64,000 nucleotides of DNA from Planctomycetales bacterium. Its GTDB lineage: Bacteria; 4484-113. Under the pieces are notes generated by a model. The model was given only the letters and a program-made list of their open reading frames with translations, did not search any database and was not told the origin of the DNA. Below, in pieces: positions 58,121 to 64,000 of this stretch. The stretch spans positions 128,001-192,000 of the forward strand of contig JBBIRS010000003.1 in the NCBI GenBank assembly GCA_037441675.1. The letters are read 5' to 3'. The position numbers and the translations under genes were made by a program. Position 1 is the first letter of the stretch. Each line of letters starts with the position of its first letter.

Positions 58121-59494
58121 ATGGAAGGATACATAAAATCCACAGATTTAATGGAGACGATTAGTTCGCTCGCAAAGAGGCGAGGTTTTATCTTTCAATC
58201 TGGGGAGATATACGGAGGAGTTTCGGGCTTTTGGGATTATGGGCCACTAGGGGTGGAGCTTAAAAGGAACCTCCGAGATGCTTGGTGGGCGCATACCGTT
58301 CAGAAACGCGCGGATGTGGTGGGACTTGATTCCGCAATTATCACTCATCCGAGCACTTGGATTGCCTCGGGTCATGTTGAACATTTTCACGATGAGATGG
58401 TTGATTGTAAAAACTGCAAGAGGCGTTTCAAAGTTGAAGCAATTGACGAAGGTAAATGTCCCTACTGTGGAAATAAACAATTAACCGAACCACGTCCATT
58501 TCATCTGATGATGAAGACTTCCGTAGGAGCGGTGGAAGGAGAAGACTCAATTGCCTATTTAAGGCCGGAAACCTGTCAGTCTATATTTACTGACTTTGAT
58601 ATGATTCGCCAGACAGCTAGATTAAAGCTTCCCTTTGGTGTTGCGCAGATTGGAAAGGCTTTCAGAAACGAGATTAACCCGAGAAACTTTACCGCTAGAA
58701 GCAGGGAGTTTGAACAAATGGAAATGGAGTTCTTCTGTAGACCTGAGGAAGCTCCAGAATGGTTTGAGCATTGGAAACAGTACCGCTTTGAATGGTATCT
58801 AGGGTTAGGTTTTAAGCGCGACAATCTTCGCTTTCGTGACCATGAGCAGAAGGAGCTAGCTCATTACGCAAGGCAGGCTACTGACATTGAATACAACTTT
58901 CCCTTTGGCTGGATGGAGTTTGAGGGAATACATAACCGCACCGATTATGACTTAAGAAGCCATACAACGCACGCAAGCAAAACCCTTGAATACTATGATG
59001 AGGACACTAAGGAGCATATAACTCCATTCGTTATAGAGACCTCCGCGGGGTTGGATCGTATTCTTCTAGCGGTACTTTGCGATGCATACTCTATCGATAA
59101 AGCTCCAACTGGTGCAGAGGCACGCCTTGCTGGCTGGGAGGAAGAGGAGGAGAGGCTGGTTCTTCGTCTATCGCCCATCCTTGCACCGATTAAAGTTGCG
59201 GTTCTGCCTCTAAGAAGAAAGCTCTCAGAGGAGGCGTATAAAATTTACACGAAGTTGATGAAAATTATGCCTGCGGTGTTTGATGAGGCTGGAAGCATTG
59301 GAAGAAGATACCGTCGCCAGGATGAAATAGGCATTCCTTGGTGCGTAACTTTTGACTTCGAATCACTTGAGGATAGAAAGGTTACCATTCGTGATAGAGA
59401 CACTCTGACTCAAGAACGAGTACTTATTGATGATCTTCCAAGCATCCTGAAGGGAAGACTAGAGGTTGAATTCGCGAGGCTTCTTGCGGACTAA
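58121..59494 (+). CDS. glyQS: Glycine--tRNA ligase, alpha2 type
   Basis: DYGPLGVELK, YLRPETCQ, GKAFRNEI, REFEQME, SIGRRYRRQDEIG. Confidence 0.96.
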   Translation: MEGYIKSTDLMETISSLAKRRGFIFQSGEIYGGVSGFWDYGPLGVELKRNLRDAWWAHTVQKRADVVGLDSAIITHPSTWIASGHVEHFHDEMVDCKNCKRRFKVEAIDEGKCPYCGNKQLTEPRPFHLMMKTSVGAVEGEDSIAYLRPETCQSIFTDFDMIRQTARLKLPFGVAQIGKAFRNEINPRNFTARSREFEQMEMEFFCRPEEAPEWFEHWKQYRFEWYLGLGFKRDNLRFRDHEQKELAHYARQATDIEYNFPFGWMEFEGIHNRTDYDLRSHTTHASKTLEYYDEDTKEHITPFVIETSAGLDRILLAVLCDAYSIDKAPTGAEARLAGWEEEEERLVLRLSPILAPIKVAVLPLRRKLSEEAYKIYTKLMKIMPAVFDEAGSIGRRYRRQDEIGIPWCVTFDFESLEDRKVTIRDRDTLTQERVLIDDLPSILKGRLEVEFARLLAD

Positions 59495-59541
59495 CATAAT
59501 GCATTTCTGTTTTCAAGAACAATTTTTATAGGAGGAAATTT

Positions 59542-61014
59542 ATGGATGTTCAGATTTCTACCTGTGTGTCAGACCTGAAGAGAGGTCGTGGAGAGCTTTT
59601 GGTAGTTATTGTAGATGACGAGTTAAATTTTCTTTCCCCAAAAAGTACATTTTATTCAGAGGCAAAGAAAATTTTGATTAAAGCCAAGGAGAAGAAACTT
59701 CCAGAGGAAGAGTACATTTCCGGCAGTAACTTTGGTATAAACTTTGAAAGAGTTTGTTTTTCGCCACTGCGCCTTCAAGCTTATCAAGATAAATCAGACC
59801 AGTTAAGAACTTGCGTTGCGAGGGCGGTTGACTTTGCTAGAAAAAGACACTTTAGAAAGGTAAGTTTTCTCCTGGAAACTAAAGAAGCTTCTAAAGAGTA
59901 TAAAAAATTAGTTGACGGAGCAGTTTTAGGTGGATATGAGTTTACCTCCTTCAAAAAGAGTGATTACGCCAAGAAATTGATTGTTGAGCTGATGCTTCCC
60001 GCTTCAGAGAATCTCAAAGTGAGGAAATTAGCCAAGGAGTGGGAACAGGTTTGTGATTCAGCAAATCTCGCTAGAGACTTGATAAACCAACCTGGCTCTG
60101 CTATGACGCCCGGCCATCTCACAGGTTACGCGCGACAGATTGCATTGAAGTATGGCCTTGAATTCCATTCTCTCCAGTTTGGTGAGCTTCAAAAGAAGGG
60201 TTACGTTGGGCTAGTGAGCGTGGGTAAGGGTAGCGAGAATCATCCGTTTCTTTTTTCAATTGTTTATAGAGGTACTTCAAGCAAAAAGATTGACACTATC
60301 CTTATTGGTAAAGGAATAACCTTTGATACTGGTGGTATCTCACTAAAGCCTTGGGATCATATGTGGGAGATGAAAGGAGATATGAGTGGCGCAGCGTGCG
60401 TTATTCACGTTATGGATGCTATTGCCAAATTGAAACCGAAGAAAAACATCGCTATAGTTGTCCCAGCCGCTGAGAACCGACCAAGTTCCCGAGCCTACCT
60501 TCCCGGTGATATCCTTCGTTACAGGAATGGCAAGACCGTTGAGATTCATTCAACGGATGCGGAGGGCCGATTAGTATTGGCTGATGCGTTTATTTACGCT
60601 TATGAGAGATTCCAGCCAAAGGTAATGGTTGATGTGGCAACACTCACAGGCGCATGCGCTAGAGCCCTTGGGCAGGATTACACGGGTTTAATGGCAAATG
60701 ACAAGAAGCTAGCGCAGTCAATCATTGAAAAAGGTTATGACAACGGCGAGAAGATTTGGGAGCTTGCTCTGCCAATTGAATATGAGGAGGACATTGTTTC
60801 GCCCATTGCGGATATCAAGAATGTAGGTGGCGCGCTAGCGGGTGCTCAAACTGCCGGGCTTTTCTTGAAACACTTTGTTCCTGAGAGTGTTAACTGGGCG
60901 CATCTTGATATCGCTGGAACTTTCTTCTACGAAAGAAAGCGCAAATACTTTTTTCAACCAGGTGCAACCGGCGTGATGGTAAGAACGCTGACCGATTGGG
61001 TCATGCATTCGTAA
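59542..61014 (+). CDS. pepA: Leucyl aminopeptidase (M17)
   Basis: GKGITFDTGG, MKGDMSGAA, STDAEGRL, WAHLDIAG. Confidence 0.95.
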   Translation: MDVQISTCVSDLKRGRGELLVVIVDDELNFLSPKSTFYSEAKKILIKAKEKKLPEEEYISGSNFGINFERVCFSPLRLQAYQDKSDQLRTCVARAVDFARKRHFRKVSFLLETKEASKEYKKLVDGAVLGGYEFTSFKKSDYAKKLIVELMLPASENLKVRKLAKEWEQVCDSANLARDLINQPGSAMTPGHLTGYARQIALKYGLEFHSLQFGELQKKGYVGLVSVGKGSENHPFLFSIVYRGTSSKKIDTILIGKGITFDTGGISLKPWDHMWEMKGDMSGAACVIHVMDAIAKLKPKKNIAIVVPAAENRPSSRAYLPGDILRYRNGKTVEIHSTDAEGRLVLADAFIYAYERFQPKVMVDVATLTGACARALGQDYTGLMANDKKLAQSIIEKGYDNGEKIWELALPIEYEEDIVSPIADIKNVGGALAGAQTAGLFLKHFVPESVNWAHLDIAGTFFYERKRKYFFQPGATGVMVRTLTDWVMHS

Positions 61015-61265
61015 ATGCGGCTATTTCACCTTGAGAGGCGATTTTTTTGTGAGGTTAGAAAACGGGAGCGTATGATTTGTGGTAGACAACTGCATTTCTA
61101 ATGCGAAAGTGGCTATGTGCACCATTTTTAATTTAATGCCAAATCTGGCAGAGAGTAGTGTAAAATGGTAGTACCTTAAGAGGGCTGCGGCTCGCGAGGA
61201 AGGGCTTGCCTTTCCTATGCGAGCTATTTTTTTCGTTGGTCGTGGTGAATCTATGGACGATTTAG

Positions 61266-62858
61266 CTATACTTTCTTAAGTTGAGGGAATAACATAACTT
61301 CACGGATACTTGATTGACCTGTGAGTAGCATAATGAGCCTATCAATTCCGATGCCCAGCCCGCCGGTTGGTGGCATTCCTATTTCCAAAGCTCGCAGGAA
61401 ATCTTCATCAAGCTCACGATAACCCTCAACCGCATGTGCTATTTGCTCCTGCATTCTAAAGCGCTGGTCAATGGGGTCATTCAACTCTGAAAACGCATTC
61501 GCTATTTCCATACCGTCAATATACAACTCAAAACGATAGGTAAAAAGAGGACGTTCGGGAATACGCTTGGCAAGTGGAGATAACGCAATTGGATAATTGA
61601 TGACAAAAATAGGTTGAAGAAGGTTTGGTTCTACCGCCTCTTTCCAGAGCTCATCCAGTAATTTTTCGTAAGGGTGAGCGTCGTTGAATTCTATGTTCAA
61701 TTCCTTCAGCTTCTTAATAACTGAGATTTTATCAGGGATTTCTTCTAGCCTTACATTCGTGTATTTGAGCAGTAAATCATCAAATTCCACTTTTGGGTAG
61801 GGCGGAGTTAGGTCAATTTTGTACTGAGGGATGAGTTCTTCACCTGATTCTTCAACCTTATCAATCGCAGGCTTGGATTGGGAGATGTCCATTTCGCTTT
61901 CTTTGGTATCGCTCATCTTCGCAGATTCTTTCTCTAAGACAAAAGTTTCTAAGCAGGTTTGGCATATGTGGGAGATTAACTCTTCCACTAGTTTCATAAT
62001 GTCTGTATAGTCCACATATGCCCAATAAAGCTCAAGCATCGTAAATTCAGGATTATGCTTAGTGGACAAGCCCTCATTTCTGAAAACTCTACCAATTTCA
62101 TAGACCTTCTCGTATCCACCCACTATCAATCGCTTATGCCGAAGTTCAGTTGCAATTCTCAGATAGAAGTCAGTGTCAAGTGCATCATAGTAGGTGATGA
62201 ATGGATTAGCGGTTGCACCACCTGCGATTGGCTCTAGGATATTTGTTTCTACTTCCATAAAACCTCTTGAATCGAAAAAACGTCTCATCTCTACAATTAT
62301 TTTGGAGCGAAGACGAAATCTCTTCCTAACGGTTTCATTCATAATTAGGTCAAGGTATCTGTATCGGTAGCGCAACTCAATATCCTTGAGGCCGTGCCAT
62401 TTCTCCGGTAATGGTTCTAAGCTTTTGGTCAAAAGGACAAAGTAATTAAGCTTGATAGTTTTTTCTCCCGTTTTGGTTAGAAAAGGCTCTCCACTTACCC
62501 CAATTATGTCACCTAGATCTAGGTCCTTTATCAGCTTAAAGTTATCTTCCCCTAGACTATCAATATTGGCGAAAATCTGTATTTTCCCAGTTTCATCTAG
62601 AATGTTTGCAAAAACAGCTTTGCCATGCTGGCGCAATGCAACAATTCTTCCCGCGGTGGAAATTGTCTTGCCCGATAGCTCTTGGAAGGATGACAAAATC
62701 TCTCCTATTCTGTGTGTGCGGTCGAATCTAACGTTCATAAACGGGTCTTTTCCCGATTCTTTCAGTTTTCTTAGCTTGTATTTGCGCACACCTGAGTAAT
62801 CCTCCGGCGCTGGAAGCTCCTTTGGCATCATTTCTTCTTCAAATGGCAGTAGCGTCAT
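61266..62858 (-). CDS. lysS: Lysine--tRNA ligase, class II
   Basis: LPEKWHGL, FRNEG, HNPEFT, ANAFSELNDP, GMPPTGGLGIGIDRL. Confidence 0.97.
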   Translation of the reverse strand: MTLLPFEEEMMPKELPAPEDYSGVRKYKLRKLKESGKDPFMNVRFDRTHRIGEILSSFQELSGKTISTAGRIVALRQHGKAVFANILDETGKIQIFANIDSLGEDNFKLIKDLDLGDIIGVSGEPFLTKTGEKTIKLNYFVLLTKSLEPLPEKWHGLKDIELRYRYRYLDLIMNETVRKRFRLRSKIIVEMRRFFDSRGFMEVETNILEPIAGGATANPFITYYDALDTDFYLRIATELRHKRLIVGGYEKVYEIGRVFRNEGLSTKHNPEFTMLELYWAYVDYTDIMKLVEELISHICQTCLETFVLEKESAKMSDTKESEMDISQSKPAIDKVEESGEELIPQYKIDLTPPYPKVEFDDLLLKYTNVRLEEIPDKISVIKKLKELNIEFNDAHPYEKLLDELWKEAVEPNLLQPIFVINYPIALSPLAKRIPERPLFTYRFELYIDGMEIANAFSELNDPIDQRFRMQEQIAHAVEGYRELDEDFLRALEIGMPPTGGLGIGIDRLIMLLTGQSSIREVMLFPQLKKV

Positions 62859-63049
62859 TTTTCTTCTCCTAGATATGTTTGTGAGTGAGACGTTATAACA
62901 TACGTTACTTCTCGCATCTTATGCGATCTATATGTGAGTTCATTATTATAGTGGCAATATAGCGACTAATGCCTTTGTTTCTGATTATAAAATATTAGTG
63001 CAAAGAAATTGGTGGAGGGGCAATCAAAAACTCACCGTGGGGCATCTTC

Positions 63050-63850
63050 TCAAAGAACCTGATCAGCAATGTTGATGCGAATGGTTTTTCCTGAATCATC
63101 AACGCATATCAACTTGCCGGTAAGTTGATCCAAGTATTGCACGATTACTTCTATAGCTTTGTTATTAACGAGCACTTTTTGCCTCTTGCCCAATTGGCAA
63201 CACCTATTTATCCATTCTTGAAGTAGGGCAGGTTCATCTTCTCCGCCACTATAAAAGTAGTTTAGCAAGTCCTTTGATATTTGATAAATGATTGAAGCCC
63301 TATCAATTTCGTGGCGTAAAAGCTCTCTTAGGCTAACCACTTTGGCGCTAAGCTCCTTTGGGTACTCAAAACTGGTGGAGTTAGCGTTTATTCCTATACC
63401 TGTAATTAAACACTGGCGCAAGTTTAGAATGAGAATTCCGCAGAGCTTTCTATTGCCCACGTATAGATCGTTTGGCCACTTAGTTTCAACTGCTATTCCG
63501 CAGGCTTTCTGTATTGCTCTAGCGATAATAGAGGCACATACTATCGGATATCTGGCAGTTATAGATACGCCAAACTCTACTACTCGAATACCAAGAGAAA
63601 ATGTTATATCCTTGCCGGGAATGCTTATCCAGGAACGACCAAGTCTTCCCCTGCCTCGTGTTTGGGCATTTGTAACAGCGATTATCGCCTTTGGAGGATG
63701 AGGTTTAAGAGCCTCCTGTTGGACTAGTTCATTAGTGGAAAGACAGCTTTCACGGTAAACAAATACTGCCTTGTACTTAGACGACGTTAAGTTAAAAAGA
63801 GCCCTTTTTAGTGAAGTTTCATAGTTTAAAGCTATTACTTTTTCATCCAT
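63050..63850 (-). CDS. birA: Biotin--protein ligase without HTH domain
   Basis: STN, QTRGRGRLGRSW, KWPND, KLCGIL, GIGIN. Confidence 0.93.
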   Translation of the reverse strand: MDEKVIALNYETSLKRALFNLTSSKYKAVFVYRESCLSTNELVQQEALKPHPPKAIIAVTNAQTRGRGRLGRSWISIPGKDITFSLGIRVVEFGVSITARYPIVCASIIARAIQKACGIAVETKWPNDLYVGNRKLCGILILNLRQCLITGIGINANSTSFEYPKELSAKVVSLRELLRHEIDRASIIYQISKDLLNYFYSGGEDEPALLQEWINRCCQLGKRQKVLVNNKAIEVIVQYLDQLTGKLICVDDSGKTIRINIADQVL

Positions 63851-63908
63851 TTAAGCTTTTCTTTGACTCAAGTATGATTTTTTGTGGTATAATCTTGAGA
63901 CAAAGTAT

Positions 63909-64000
63909 ATGCAACGCAAATTAATTAGCTATGTAAATATCACTATTATTATAACTTCACTAATAGCTATTCTGGGAAGTTCTTCAGAGGCAGAGGTTGT
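63909..64000 (+). CDS. Exported protein, 3' partial
   Basis: MQRKLISYVNITIIITSLIAILGSSSEAEV.. signal-like peptide after TGGTATAAT; runs off the window. Confidence 0.5.
   Translation, partial: MQRKLISYVNITIIITSLIAILGSSSEAEV

Overview
A 64-kb stretch of bacterial chromosome of moderate GC, read with the standard code (TGA is used as a stop). The lineage cannot be assigned from sequence alone. Housekeeping genes: lipB, aroA, a type I-beta DAHP synthase, tRNA-Arg(UCU), rpmH-rnpA-yidD-yidC-jag, hppA, frr, pepF, glyQS, pepA, lysS and birA. Large modular surface proteins: a PKD plus 7-blade propeller protein, a lipoprotein with cohesin-like and dockerin-like modules, and a 9-heme cytochrome c lipoprotein on an Ig/PKD stalk. 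A ~17-kb respiratory block contains a di-heme narC-like gene, narG-narH-narJ(frameshifted)-narI-narK, a Moco-riboswitch-led moaA-moaC/B-moeA-MOSC-tauE-mobA operon and an orphan actB. The NarG N-terminus resembles the cytoplasmic Nitrobacter-type NXR/NAR clade. An accessory patch holds a GC-rich dinB with a palindromic candidate operator over its promoter and a decayed BsaWI-like restriction-modification system. Also present: three copies of a modular GTAG/CTAC-ended REP-like repeat, several pseudogenes, a strongly structured leader on an RRM gene and several apparently leaderless genes. No CRISPR array, rRNA, intact transposase or prophage was seen. All family calls come from motif recognition by eye, not database searches.
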